64,000 bases of DNA, from assembly GCA_934747965.1 (NCBI GenBank), contig CAKVHI010000005.1, positions 16,856 to 80,855 of the forward strand, given 5' to 3'. A program made the translations under genes and the position numbers. The stretch comes from an uncultured Clostridia bacterium. Lineage in GTDB: Bacteria; Bacillota; Clostridia; Christensenellales; UBA1242. A model generated the notes under the pieces. The model was not told the DNA's origin, searched no databases, and worked only from the letters and a program-made list of their open reading frames with translations. This document shows, in pieces, positions 36,909 to 49,700 of this stretch (the stretch's first letter is position 1; the number at the start of each line of letters is the position of its first letter).

Positions 36909-38750
36909 ATGGGAAGTAAAATAATAAAAAAAGATAGAAAAAAATCTAAAAAATTAGTTTACGGAATTGTTTGCCTAGTTTTGGTTGTTTTGTTGGCTGG
37001 TTTTGGAATTTTTTATTGCATAAAATGGAAAGGTTACAAAAATTTGCCACGAAATTATACATTAACACAAACTTTGGCACCTAACGATAGGTTGATAAAA
37101 GATGTTAATCCTACCACAAGTTCTAATGTTTGGTATGATTATACCGCAGATATAGAAATCACTTCTAACAGTTTAATTGTTTCTTTAGGAATTGAAAATG
37201 AAGATGATGAATATTATGATGATAATAATCCTTATGATAAGGCAAAAATTGGGTCATTTTTTTACAAATTAGATGTTAAAGCAAGTGGTAAATATTATTA
37301 TGAAAAAGTTATGAAAGACCGAAAAGAGAGATTTTCTGACAAAAATGAAGAAGAGTTATCACTTGAAAATCATCCTCTTTTTGTTCCTTTCATTGATTGC
37401 ACTTATACTGACAGCATTAATCCATTTGATGACGGATCAGAAATGACATATTACATTCGTCATTACACAATAAAAGTCTATTGTGATGATGCGGGCGATA
37501 GTGTAAGGTATGCAAATCAAAAAATTGAGATAGGGTTGCCAGATTGGTTTAAATATAAAAATATTTCTGTTAGTGCAAAAAATGGTTTTCAACTTAAAAA
37601 ATCTATTGATGTTGAAAATATTAATGTTGAAGGTGTTAAAAACAGATTTGTTTCTGTTTGTGGTTTAGAAAATCAAACAAAACCAACAAATTTAACAGTA
37701 AAAGCAGAAAATAGCACAATAAGTTTAAGCGAAAGTGAAAATGGCGGTTGGGGAGATTATGATACTATAACAATTAACAATTCAAAAAAGAGCACAATAA
37801 AACTTGCCTCAAAAAAGAAATTGAATGTTAAAAATGATATTATTTTGAACGGCGATGAGATGACTGTTTTGGTTGAAAATCAAATTGCATACACATCATA
37901 TTCTCCAAATTTAACAATAAATGCAACAAAAAGTTTAAAATTTTCCGCAAGCAACAAATGTAGCGGTCTTTCTTCAAATTTCATTTTTAATAGTCCTGTT
38001 ATTGATTTGGATGATTTTACAGGTGGCATGATGAGTTGCAAAATAGTGTGCAACAATTTAAGATATAATAGTGACTTAATAAGTTTTAGAAACTTAGAGA
38101 TTAGTGCTGATAAAATAGATTTAAAATGTAATGAATTTGGGTTATATTCTAAAGAATTTGATTGTAATTTAAAAGTTAAAACAGGTAACATAAATTTAGG
38201 CGAAATATACAGAAATGTAAAAATAGAAACTGATAATGCGAAAATTGTTATTGATAGAGTTTACTACGGAAAAGCTGATTTAGACATCGTGTTTAATCAA
38301 AATGCAGATTTAAAAATAAATAATTTAGGTAGCTGGGCAAAATTTAATTTAACTTGCAAGGCAAATGGAAACTGCGAAATCAACAATGTTGCATCAATCC
38401 ACAGAGATTCTTCTAGTTATCCATTACAACAACATAAATTTGACTTAGGAAACTGTAAAGCAAAGATTAGTTTTGATAATAATGGGGGGCAAGTTAACTA
38501 TATCAGAGGAATGATTTTTGATGACAGGGCTTCAGTAAATTTAATTAACAGAAGCAGTCAAGACTTATTAAACGAAAAACTTTTAATTGAAAACGAAAAC
38601 AGAAAATATTCTATGCTTTCAAATGATGGCACAACCTATTTTGAACCGGATATAGTTTTTGTTGGAAGTGGAAATTACACCGTAACGCTAGAACTTGCAA
38701 AATCATTTTCGTATAGAGCATATTTAAGAGAAATCACAATAACTAATTAA
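36909..38750 (+). CDS. Hypothetical N-terminally anchored protein with beta-helix-like C-terminal repeats
   Basis: K-rich N-terminus plus TM 'LVYGIVCLVLVVLLAGFGIFYCI'. The C-terminal half has repeated short beta-strand units ('NINVEG..', 'LTVKAENSTISL', 'KIDLKCNEF', 'NIKIETDNAKIVI', 'DLKINNLGS'). The start could be 36894 or 36909. Confidence 0.55.
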   Translation: MGSKIIKKDRKKSKKLVYGIVCLVLVVLLAGFGIFYCIKWKGYKNLPRNYTLTQTLAPNDRLIKDVNPTTSSNVWYDYTADIEITSNSLIVSLGIENEDDEYYDDNNPYDKAKIGSFFYKLDVKASGKYYYEKVMKDRKERFSDKNEEELSLENHPLFVPFIDCTYTDSINPFDDGSEMTYYIRHYTIKVYCDDAGDSVRYANQKIEIGLPDWFKYKNISVSAKNGFQLKKSIDVENINVEGVKNRFVSVCGLENQTKPTNLTVKAENSTISLSESENGGWGDYDTITINNSKKSTIKLASKKKLNVKNDIILNGDEMTVLVENQIAYTSYSPNLTINATKSLKFSASNKCSGLSSNFIFNSPVIDLDDFTGGMMSCKIVCNNLRYNSDLISFRNLEISADKIDLKCNEFGLYSKEFDCNLKVKTGNINLGEIYRNVKIETDNAKIVIDRVYYGKADLDIVFNQNADLKINNLGSWAKFNLTCKANGNCEINNVASIHRDSSSYPLQQHKFDLGNCKAKISFDNNGGQVNYIRGMIFDDRASVNLINRSSQDLLNEKLLIENENRKYSMLSNDGTTYFEPDIVFVGSGNYTVTLELAKSFSYRAYLREITITN

Positions 38751-38809
38751 AAAAATTGTCATAAATTGTAATATTTACTCATATTTTATTCTACAAAGGG
38801 GAATAAAGT

Positions 38810-39061
38810 ATGGGTAAAAATGAAATAATAAATATTGCAAATTATATTTTTGATAATAAATTAACGATTCGTGCAGGAGCAAAAATTTTTAATGTTCCAA
38901 AAAGCACGCTTCACTATAATGTGTCGAAAAAATTAATAAATATTGATTATGGTTTGTATTTAAAACTTCACAATTATCTTCAAGAAAATTTTAATGAGAA
39001 ACATTTGCGCGGTGGAGAAGCAACCAAACAAAAATATAAAAAATACCATAAAAAACAATAA
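38810..39061 (+). CDS. spoIIID: Sporulation transcriptional regulator SpoIIID
   Basis: 'LTIRAGAKIFNVPKSTLHYNVSKKL' is the HTH region. 'FNEKHLRGGEATKQKY' matches the conserved SpoIIID C-terminal basic region. 83 aa. Confidence 0.85.
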   Translation: MGKNEIINIANYIFDNKLTIRAGAKIFNVPKSTLHYNVSKKLINIDYGLYLKLHNYLQENFNEKHLRGGEATKQKYKKYHKKQ

Positions 39062-39111
39062 TTTATGTTTAGTTTCGCTTGATTTGTTCAAAAATTATGC
39101 GAAAAAATGCA

Positions 39112-39147
39112 AAAAAAGAGCACATTTTAAGTATGTGTTCTTTTTTT
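39112..39147. terminator. Bidirectional terminator
   Basis: AGAGCACAT, 7-nt loop, ATGTGTTCT (one G:T pair), flanked by A7 and T7. Confidence 0.7.
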
Positions 39148-39171
39148 ATATTGAGTTTATAGTCATATTTG

Positions 39172-39726
39172 CTATTTTTTAAGTTGTTTATTATAGGCAT
39201 TTTCTAGGCCTTCTAAAGATTTGCTTAATGAAAAAAGATAATCACGCTTAAGATTTTTTTTGCTCTTCAAATAATTTATTGTTCTTATTTGCTCATACTC
39301 ATTCAGATATTGGGCTTTGCACAGAGCCTCTTGTGCGTTTTGACGAGTTTTATAAAATTTATATTTATTTATGTTGGTCAAAATTAATTTATTTTCTTTT
39401 ATATTTGTTTTAAAAAATAAAGCCAAATCTCCAAAATAGGCAACACGAATATAAATGTCGCCGTTATCAACTTTTTCGATTTTATACTCTGTATCATCCA
39501 AAACACATTTTTTGAAAAATTCTTTTACTGTTATAAAAGTTTTAGTGTTTAAATTTTCGGTTATATCAATTTTTTTTATAATGATTTTATTATTTTTGGT
39601 GTAAGAGTATGCTTCAACATATTCTTTTTTAGCATCCAAAATATAAACTGGCTCGTTAAAATTTTCTTTGTCGACAAAGAGAGTGTTTATAACAAAATTT
39701 TTCTTTAATTTGTTTAAATATTTCAT
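39172..39726 (-). CDS. Hypothetical cytoplasmic protein
   Basis: 184-aa ORF with SD AAAGGAA. No recognisable motif. Confidence 0.5.
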   Translation of the reverse strand: MKYLNKLKKNFVINTLFVDKENFNEPVYILDAKKEYVEAYSYTKNNKIIIKKIDITENLNTKTFITVKEFFKKCVLDDTEYKIEKVDNGDIYIRVAYFGDLALFFKTNIKENKLILTNINKYKFYKTRQNAQEALCKAQYLNEYEQIRTINYLKSKKNLKRDYLFSLSKSLEGLENAYNKQLKK

Positions 39727-39834
39727 ATAATTTGTTCCTTTAATGTTAATTATTTTTTTGTTTTTAATAAAATTGACTAGTTATTGTTTTATAACTTATT
39801 TTTGCGTTATGCGTTGATATTTTTGATTTAAAAT

Positions 39835-40569
39835 TTACTTTTTATTTTTGCTTTGAAAATATTTATCATAAAGATTATAACTTTCTGGACTTGTTATTGC
39901 ACGGAATGTTCGGTCGATAGAAATAGGTATATCTTTTTTGATTTGTTTTAGCAAATTTTTTATAAATTCTCGTTGAGTTTTGTGATTTGCTGGACAGCAA
40001 TTAAAAAACACGGGCATAGTTTTAGATTCATTTATAGTTTCATGTTCATCAATAAAAATCATTGGTCTTATAACTGTTAAATTTATGTTGGATAGATGCA
40101 TGATAGGGGCAAAAGTCGAAAGTCTGCCTTCATAAAACATACTCAAAAAGAATGTTTCTATCAAATCATCTTTTGTGTGTCCTAGTGCCACCTTGTTACA
40201 ACCCAATTCTTTTGCTTTTGTGTTTAAAATTCCTCTTCTTAATTTTGCACATAATGAACAAGGATTTTTTTCTTTTCTTTCAGCAAAAACAATGTCATAT
40301 ATTTGGCTTTTTATAACCTTAAACTCAACATTCAAACTTTCACAATATTTTTGAACTTTGCTGTAGTCGCTCTTTCCGTCAAAAAGGTCAACAGATAGGG
40401 CAATTAAATCGAATTTTTGTGGTGAAAAACGCCTATAATTTGCAAGAAGTGTTAGCAAAACAAGACTATCTTTTCCGCCAGATAAACCAACTGCAATTTT
40501 GTCATTATCTTCAATTAAATTGTATGTTTCAACGCATTTTCTGAATTTGCTTAAAAGTTTTTGTAGCAT
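39835..40569 (-). CDS. PP-loop ATPase, TtcA-like tRNA thiolation enzyme
   Basis: 'VGLSGGKDSLVLL' is the SGGxDS PP-loop. 'NPCSLCAKLRRG' and 'FNCCPANH' are Cys motifs of the TtcA family. Confidence 0.75.
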   Translation of the reverse strand: MLQKLLSKFRKCVETYNLIEDNDKIAVGLSGGKDSLVLLTLLANYRRFSPQKFDLIALSVDLFDGKSDYSKVQKYCESLNVEFKVIKSQIYDIVFAERKEKNPCSLCAKLRRGILNTKAKELGCNKVALGHTKDDLIETFFLSMFYEGRLSTFAPIMHLSNINLTVIRPMIFIDEHETINESKTMPVFFNCCPANHKTQREFIKNLLKQIKKDIPISIDRTFRAITSPESYNLYDKYFQSKNKK

Positions 40570-40575
40570 GAAGAT

Positions 40576-40604
40576 ATTTTAATCAAAATTGTTGAATTTG
40601 TAAA
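40576..40604 (-). promoter_or_regulatory. Promoter abutting the TtcA-like ATG (leaderless geometry)
   Basis: On the minus strand: TTTACA (40604-40599), 17 nt, TAAAAT (40581-40576), 6 nt, ATG at 40569. No SD. Confidence 0.55.
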
Positions 40605-40647
40605 GAAATTTTTTAGGGTTTTTAATTTTTAATATCTTTAAATTTGT

Positions 40648-40677
40648 TTGACAAAAATCGCCTATTAATTTTATAAT
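40648..40677 (+). promoter_or_regulatory. Promoter of the giant lipoprotein gene
   Basis: TTGACA (40648-40653), 18 nt, TATAAT (40672-40677). About 70-nt 5' UTR, then SD GAGAGGA (40744-40750). Confidence 0.55.
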
Positions 40678-40755
40678 TATATAAATTATAATATAATTGT
40701 GAATTTATGTTATAAAACTTGCAATTATAAACAAAATAATTTTGAGAGGAAATTT

Positions 40756-43700
40756 ATGAAATTAAAAAAAATTTTAACAATTTTGGTATTTTCAGTTTTG
40801 GCTTTTACAGGCGCTGTTTTTGGGTGCAAAGATAAATATGCAAATTTCAGTATTCAAGTTAATGGTCAAAATGAAATTACATTAAGAGCGGGCGACTATG
40901 CAACTGATGAATACCCTAACTCAAGAGAAATTGAAATTTTAATCAAAAATGCGCCAAACAATAATTGTCGTAATATTTCATATTCTGTTTCTCAAAATAA
41001 TATTGTTTCGATTGAAGAAATTTCATCTACAAGTAAGGATATTAAAAGGTACAAAATAACGGCACTAGACAATATTTCGGCTTTTGAGCCTTCAACAGTT
41101 ATAACTTTCAAAACTTCAGAGGGAAACAAAAGTTGTGATTTGAAAGTTAATGTTCAAATTCCTCTTCAATCTATTTCGGCAAATTTGGCTTACAATTCTT
41201 TTGTTGTAAGCGATAATAAGCCTTATTATATTGACGCTTCAAAGGCACTTACTTATTTTCCTAAAAACACAACAGATAGAGATGTTGAGTTTAGTTTAGT
41301 TGAAGGCCTTATTGATGGTGTAACTTTAACTTTAAACGGCGAGATTAAAGTTGATGAAGAAAAATATTTTGGTCAAGAAAATATTTCTGGCAAAATAAAA
41401 GTTAGAGCAACAAGCAAAACAAAAAGTGAAAGTTATGCTGATTTTTATGTTTCAGTTTTAAGAGATATTAAATTGAGTGATTTAACACTAGGTTATGACT
41501 TAAATGGCGTTAAATATTCTTACAGTGGGGATGTAAGTGAAGAAGAAGAGAATTATGAAAATTCTATTTCGTTTTTAACAAAAAATGGAATAACTTTATC
41601 TAGCAATGTAAATGAACTTAAAAATGCAAATTTTAGTGTTAAAATTAATGAGTCATTTGGCTTAAATTTTGAACAAATTGAAACTAAATTTGAAAGTTTA
41701 ATTCTATCAAATATTTTGGTGGAATCTAATTACTCAAAAGATGACAATAACACAAAAAATTACATAATTTACACAAAAAATCCCGGAAAAGATGTTTTGA
41801 ATATTACAATAAAATATAAAAGTGTTGAAAATTATTCAAAAGAAATTCAAATTCCGGTAACCGTGCTTGAATATCCAACATCACTTGTTGTTAATAACAA
41901 TGCTGGCGAAAGATATGATATTTTTGATTACTACAAAAACAATGTAAGAGGTCAAGAGTTTGCTGTAAGCATTTCTCAAATCGGTGCTTACAATGATAAG
42001 TTTAAAGTTTTGATTTCAGAAGAAGATTTTAATTTTGTTGAAATAAGATACCAAGATGAATTGTTAGGTTATAATGAATTGACAAGCAGAGCATTTGCGA
42101 ATAACTCTAGTTTGTTTGTTATTGCTAAAGAAATTCAAAACGAAACCAAAGAAATTAAGTTAACATTTTATTCGGATATATTGAAAGATAAAAATTTAGA
42201 AGAAATTACAGATGATTTTAACAAAAAATTAATCAAAGAAATTTCTTTAAATTTGGTGCCAGGGGTTAGAAGTTTGAGTTTTGAAACTCAAATTAATCAA
42301 AAAGAAACTTTTTATCTTGAAAAGTCAAACAAAGAGTTTAATGTTCCTTTTGTTGTAAATAACTCAACAAATGGAATTAAATCCTTAAATGAATTTATTA
42401 ACCTTGAAATTGTTAGTGGCGAAGACTTGGTTGAAATTTCAAAAGATGTAGATCAAGGCAAATTTGTTTTGAAAAGCAAAAATAAAACAGGGCTAGTTGA
42501 GTTTTATTTGAAAAGTCAAAATGGAATTGAAACAGCTCATAAAAAATTGCTTATTTATTCTGGACTTGATGACAGTCAAACAAATCCTTTTGAATTTGTT
42601 TTGTCAAGTAGCAACATAAAAACAGTTGTTAATGAAAACAACGAAACAAAATATTACATTGGCTCGACTTACGGCAAAAACTCAGCAAACTTTAATGTTT
42701 TAAACAAATATGATGCAACTATTTATAACGCAGAAATTAAAAGCAGTAATAATGCTGTTAAAGCAACAGTGCTTGATGCTGAAAACTTATTATTTAATTT
42801 GTATGCAAGCGAAAATATTGAAGAAAAAGTTACAATTACTGTAACAATTTGGGTTTATAATGATTTTGATAAAGTAAACGAAGACGGCAATTTATGCAAA
42901 AAAATTGAAATAGATTTTGATATTTATACTTATGAACCTTTACAATCTGTTAAATTTAACAATGGTCAGTTGTTTGACAGAATTACTTTAACAGACGGCG
43001 AAGGTCTTGATGTGGATAGCTTAAACAACAAACTTAATATGCTTGACTTGAATAAACTTATAAACATTCAAGGGACAACAACAAATGTTACAAAAAAAGT
43101 GATTTTTCCTTCTGAATTAATCGAAGGTGCAGACTATGATGTTGAAAACAAAGATGAATTGTTTGATGCAATATATTTTCATGTTTACAAAAATCATCAA
43201 AATAAATTCATTGATGGAAAATTTGTTTTTGGATTGACGATTGAAGTTTATGATTTGGTAGGAAGCAATGAGTCTTATAGACTAACACTAACAGTTGAAC
43301 TAAAAGAACAAACAAAGCCCGAAAAAGTTGTGATTAAGAATAACGGCGGATTTGTTTATTTAGATAATCTTGGAAATGGACTATCTCAAATTGAAGCCGA
43401 GGTTGTTGGTGAAAATCGAAAGGAAGCAACCAACAAAAACTTATACTTTAAGATAGTTGACGGAAACAGCATTGTTTTGGATAATAACACAGGTGTTGTT
43501 ACTGCTCAATCTGCGGGTATAACAAAAATTAGGGTTTATGCAAAAGCAAGTAAATATTCATCTAGTGGCGACTATTCAATTTTTAGCGATGTTTATGTTG
43601 TTAGTGCAGACGGAAGCAAAAGTTTTCCTTACATTTTGCAAAATAATCAATTTATTGAAAATAGTTATTACACACTAAATGAAAATGTCGTGTTAAATTC

Positions 43701-46700
43701 TAGTCTTTCTTTGAATATAAAAGGAATTGACGGAAAGTTTAGATATGCAAAATATTCAAATCTTTATGATGAAAATGCAACTTATAGTTTGATTTTTAAT
43801 GGAACAGGTAGTGTTTTTGAAAAAGAAGAATTTGTTGGAGAATTAGAAAACTTAAATGTTATTTATAACAAAAATTCAATCACAATAAATTCCAAAAATT
43901 TTGGGCTTATTGCCTCTAAAAATTCGGGAACTATAAAAAATGTCAATTTGATTGTAAACAGTCTAACAATTCATAACAACGCAGAAAATAATAACATTGG
44001 CTTGTATTTTGCCGAAAATGTTGGCAACATTGAGAACTGTACTATAAGCTCTGCTGAAAGCGACTATGCAAGTATTTTGATTGACGGAAAAGGAGCAAAT
44101 TTTGGTGGTTTTGTTGCAATAAACAAAAAAGATGGCGATAAGTGTGGAAGCATAACATCGGGCTTTGACTTTTTAAAAACTAACAACCACAGTGTGGCAA
44201 GATTAAGAATTATTGACCTTACAAGTGCTCAAGACCATTGCGTTGCTGGCTTAGTTTCAGAAAACAGCGGAAATATATCAGGTGTTCAAATTGAAGCAAA
44301 AATTGAAAGTAATGCAAAATTTGTTGGGGGAATTGTTGGTAAAATTGTCAGTGAAAACATTAAATATAAAAACTTACACTTTAACGGAAGCCTAATATCA
44401 AAAAATGCAAACTCTGTTGTTGGCGGGATAAGTGCCTATGTTTCAAGCAATTTTAGTGAAGATGGCACAGATTTTAATTTAATTTTTGTTGAATTTACAG
44501 AAAGCATTGCTGATAATAGCACACACTTTTCTGGTCATACAGTTGGTGGATTGTTTGGAAGTGTTAATTTTGGTGGTCAAAACAGAACTAATGTAAAATA
44601 TGCTTATGCTCAAAATTTTGCAAAAGTTGGTCAAAATTCATCAAATTTGAAAGGCGATGTTGTTGGAGGTCTTGTTGGAACAAATGCAAGTTTGTTGAAC
44701 ATAACCGCTGTTTATAGTGATGTTAAAATTTTGTGTGAAAAAGATGCAAAAGGTGCTTTTGTTGGTGCTATGAAAGCGAATACTGAAATAGACAATGCTT
44801 ACAGTTATGTTACAGGTGTTGACAGTTTGTTTGGCGAAAGAGAAGAAAACAAGATTTTAAAACTTGTAAAAATTTATTCAACAACTTCTAAGCAAGAGAA
44901 ACTTTCAAATGATAATTTTGTTAGTTTCTTTGATAAAGATAATTATGCTAGTGTTTTAACTTTAAAAAATGGAAATGGTGAATTTGTTTTTAACGACAAC
45001 AAATATTTTGCTTGCTTTAGCGCTCAAAATGGTGGCTTACCTTATCTTGTATATAATGAAACTGACGGCTTTAAAAAGTTGATGACGGTTGTTGCAACAA
45101 GTATTAATGCAAGATTTGTTGTTAAAAATGCGGTTGAAAACAGTAATAATGAATATGTGTATGGAAATGCTGAAAACATTATTGTTGTTAAGGATGATGA
45201 ACTTAATAAGGCAGTGATTTATTTTAACAAAAATTTGCAATTTAATGTTGAAGATATTTTAAATATAACCACAACTCCTTATGATGCAAACAAAAATTTT
45301 GAGTTTAGAAGTTTGAATAATAATGTTTTGTCTATCGTTAATGGAAAACTTATCATTAATTCTGTAGGAAATGCAACAGTTGAAATTTCTTCTAAATATA
45401 ACACTAATGTTAAGACTTATGCTTATATTTCGGTGGTTGATAAGATTGAAACTTTTGAAGTTGAGAATAAAATTGTTATTGCAAATGGAAAAACTAAAGA
45501 AGTTAATGCAAAAATTTTGCCAAAAACCGCAAATAATGGTTTGTATTTTGTGGTTACATCTGACCTTGCTGATAAAATTTTGATTAACAACAAACAAGTG
45601 CAAGAGAATGTTGTTTATCACTTAGATTCAAGAACAGTAATCACAGCACTTGACACCTGCAAGGGAATAATTAAAGTTTATCCTCTAACAATGGTTAAAT
45701 TTGGCGAACAAGACTATGTGTTTATTGATTTCGTAAACAAAAAAGAAATAGATTTTAGCGTTATTAATAGTGCAAAGAGTGTTGTGGCATCAGTTAATTC
45801 AATTATTGTTCCTGAAAACGAGAAATTGGAATTTGAAGTTTATGTCGATTGCACAGAAAGTGAGAACGACCAACAACTAAAATTTGATGACATAGAAAAT
45901 CTTACAAAATATTTTGAGATTGATGCTAGCAAAATAGAAGTAGGCTTAAATTCAACAAAATTTGTGGTTAGCGTTAAGGCTAAAGATTTGGCACTTTCAC
46001 AGGACCAACCTTTCACATTTATTATTCATCATGTTTTAAGTGGCGAAATATCCGATGCTTTTGCAAAAGTAGATGTTGTGCTAAAAAGCTCTAAACTTCA
46101 AAGTGTTGAACTAAATCATTTCTCAAGCAGTGTTACTTATTACAAAGACTACGATATTATAAACAAAGAAACTATTCCTAATTTTAACATCGTTAAAGGC
46201 AATTATGGTGTTCTTAGCATAAATTTATACCCAAGTTATGCTAATGTAACAAACATTGATGTAACAAGCTCTATTCAAAATGGACACAGAATTAACTTTT
46301 CACAACTAAAACTTGAAAGCGAAAATAAACTTACAGTAACTTCATGTAAAGACACATTGTGGACAGGTATAAAACTTAATGTAGACCGAGATGAAATAAA
46401 AGAAAATGGCGGAAACTTGTTTGTTGCAACCCTTCTTACAACAGATATTTTAGATGACACAGTTTTCACTATTACAGTTACTTGCTATAACTCACTTGGT
46501 CAAAAATATGAGCCAGTTTCTATCAATTTGAAAGCCAAGGCATTAACAACTTTAATGCTAACAAACCCTAATGGGAGTGATGAATTTTTTGCTCCAAGAG
46601 GTGGCGAACTAAAAATTGATGTAAATCCTATTAATATGGATGAAGATTTTAAGATTGGTGCTGAAAACTTTGAATTTACCATTGAAGATAGGAATTTAAA

Positions 46701-49700
46701 TCAAGTTACATTTAATGGAAATGTAACCGAAAAGAACGGATTTAACTTTTTGTATGATAAAGAAACAAAGTCTTTGTTTGGTTATAAAATTGAAAATGGG
46801 CAACTTGTTGTTTTGAGTGATCTTCAAAACAAACGAAACACAATTTTGAAAATCACACCTAAGTATAAGTCTTTTGTTTATGGTAAAGAAACAGAAAGCG
46901 TGGGTGCAAGCATTGAGGTTAAAGTTGTAGATTTCTTTGTTGAAGGAATTTCAGTTTCTGATAGTAGTGATAATATATTGAAAAATTCTTTAGGCAATTC
47001 AACAATTTTGAAAGCAGATTTGTTGGTTAACAGTTGCAAAGAATTTAAATATTTGGATTCTAATTCAAACGAAATTTCTGGCTTTAGTTATGAAGGCGGA
47101 CAAGTAATTTTTGATAATTTATCTCGAGAACTTGAATTGTCAAATATAAATTTAAGCATAGAATCATTAACAAATTCCATTTCAAAATCTAACTATTCTT
47201 GGAACTTAATCACACAAAATTCAAGTGGAAATTTGATTTATAACAACATAAAAGAAAACACAACATACACAAATTTCTTGGTAAACAAAGATGATAGCGG
47301 ATTCTATTATGTGATTGGTAAAAATGTTTCAGAAAACAGGATGATTGTTAAAGCAAATTTAAGTTATGAAAATGGTCAAGTTTTGTTAAAACAAAATTCA
47401 GATTATGAAATTTCATCCGAATTTATGCTTGACATCAAAACTCAATCAAGTTTAGATAATCCTCTTCCTATATATTCTGCAAATGATTTTTCACAAATGC
47501 TTGCGGGTGGTGATTACATTTTGATGAATGATATTACTCTTGATGAAAACTTTGCTGGAATAGATACTGAAATTTCAAGTTTTGACGGAAATAATAAAAC
47601 AATTAACATTCAATCTTTCTTGATTTCAAGCACAAACCAAACCAATTTAGGTTTGTTTAACGAGATTAAAGAAAACACAATAATTAAAAACTTAAAAGTT
47701 AATATTTTGCCTTCTCTATGTTATGCTGAAAATGATTATTTCTATGGTTTAAATATTAATGCTCAAATGCTAAATAGTTTAAACTTTGGTGTTATTTGTG
47801 GCGTAAACAAAGGCGTTATTACAAATTGTAAGGTTGTTAACAACAATTTCAAAATCGTTAATAATGCAAATGTGTTTGGTGAACTTAAAATTTTTGTTAA
47901 TGTAAACGAAAACATAGAAGCCTTTGTTGGTGGCCTTGTTGGTGTGAATGAGGGTTATATAACAAATTGTGGCGTTGGATTGAATAGCAATGATTATAGC
48001 AATTCAATGATTATTGAATCTAAAGCTCAAATGGGTGGTCTTGTTTCTGTAAACAGCAAAAAAATTGCTGGAAGTTATGTTTTGAACACAGCAATTTATA
48101 ATAATTCTTTAAGCAAAATCACAGGCGGATTTGTGTCTGAAAACCAAAATGGCGCTGTTATTTCAACAAGTTATGTTCAAGGTTACAGCGAAAAACCTTT
48201 GGAAATCCATGAATCTTTGAAAGATGGTGGAATTTTTGCAAATGGCAATGTCGGCGGTTTTGTTGCAATAAATGAAGGTAATGTTAAAGATTGCTATTCT
48301 AATATATTGATAAGCACAAATAAACGCTCAAGTGGATTTGTTTATGACAATTCTAACGGCTATGTAGAAACTTGTATAAGTCTTTCTAATTCATCAAGTA
48401 AAACACAAAGTTTTAGACCTTTCACAGGAAATGATGAAGAAAATATAAGTTTAAACAACTACGGCATAAAATATTGTTACTATAAATCTGAAGAAAGTGA
48501 TTTGAATGGTGGCGAAGGCGAGTTTGATGAACCAGCAAATGGAATTATGAATTTTTCAGATGCAAGTTATTTTGAAGGCTTTATTTGTGATGACACAGAA
48601 AGCTCAATTTGGTCATTTAACAAAAACTTAATGCCAAGACTTGTTGATGCTGATAAAAATATTGTTTGCGAGCGAGAACTTATAAATTCTGTTTCTAGTC
48701 AAACAGAAAAGTATCAGTATATATATATTAATAATAATATAGGAATCTTAAATAATCCTATAGTAGTTAGCACTACAGAACAATTCTTTGACGCTTTAAC
48801 AAACGAAAATAATTTGTATTCTTATTATTTTAATGGAAAAATTAGAAAAACTAACATAAATTACAATTATATTAGCATTGTTAAAGATTTAGATTTATCA
48901 AAAATAATTGATAAAAACAACAATGAAACAAACACAACAAATGAAGTGCAAAAATTGCAAGATATAATTTTTGCTGGTAATTTGAATGGAAATAGCATGC
49001 TTTTAGAAAATATCACTATTACCGCTAAAAATGATAAACTAAAATATTCTTCATTTGGATTGTTTAAACAAATTGGTGTTGAATTAACTTACGATAATAG
49101 TTTAAAAATTGGTAATGAAAAATTAGATAAAGATAACTGTTCGGTTATTAAAAATGCTTACTTTGAAATTGACGGTATTTCGGCAACTATTACAAAAACT
49201 GTTGGAACACTAAGTGGTGAAGTGATAAACTCAAAACTATATAACATTAATATTTACAACAATAATAATGTTGTGGTTACTGGAAACAACATTGTTGGTG
49301 GTGTTGCAGGAAGAATAAGTGGAAACAGTTTCGTTAAAGGCGTAAGCAGTAATTTAAGCGTTAAAGCAACATTTGAAAATAAAACTTCAAACTATGACTA
49401 TTTAGTAGCAAATTCTAAAAAAGTTTATAGATATGCTTATAATAGTGTTGAAGATAACATAAACGAAAACGCAAATATTGTTGGTGGTATATTTGGCGTT
49501 GTTGATATTTATCAAACGCAAATCAAAAATTTTACACAACATTCTGACGGCTCATCTTATTATCTTGATGCTGAAATTACAAGGGATAATGACTACTTGT
49601 TTGATAATGCTAATATTCAGTTTACTCAAGTCAGCGGAAATGTTCAGTTAACTGGAGATATCGTTGGCGGATTGTTTGGTTATGTTTTAAATGGAAGCAA

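Noticed and set aside
40699-40755. Track start (GTG, 'MNLCYKTCNYKQNNFERKF...') for the giant ORF
   Set aside because: The extension has no SD. The ATG at 40756 has GAGAGGA 5 nt upstream and begins a classical lipoprotein signal peptide. The paralog at 59817 starts at the equivalent position.
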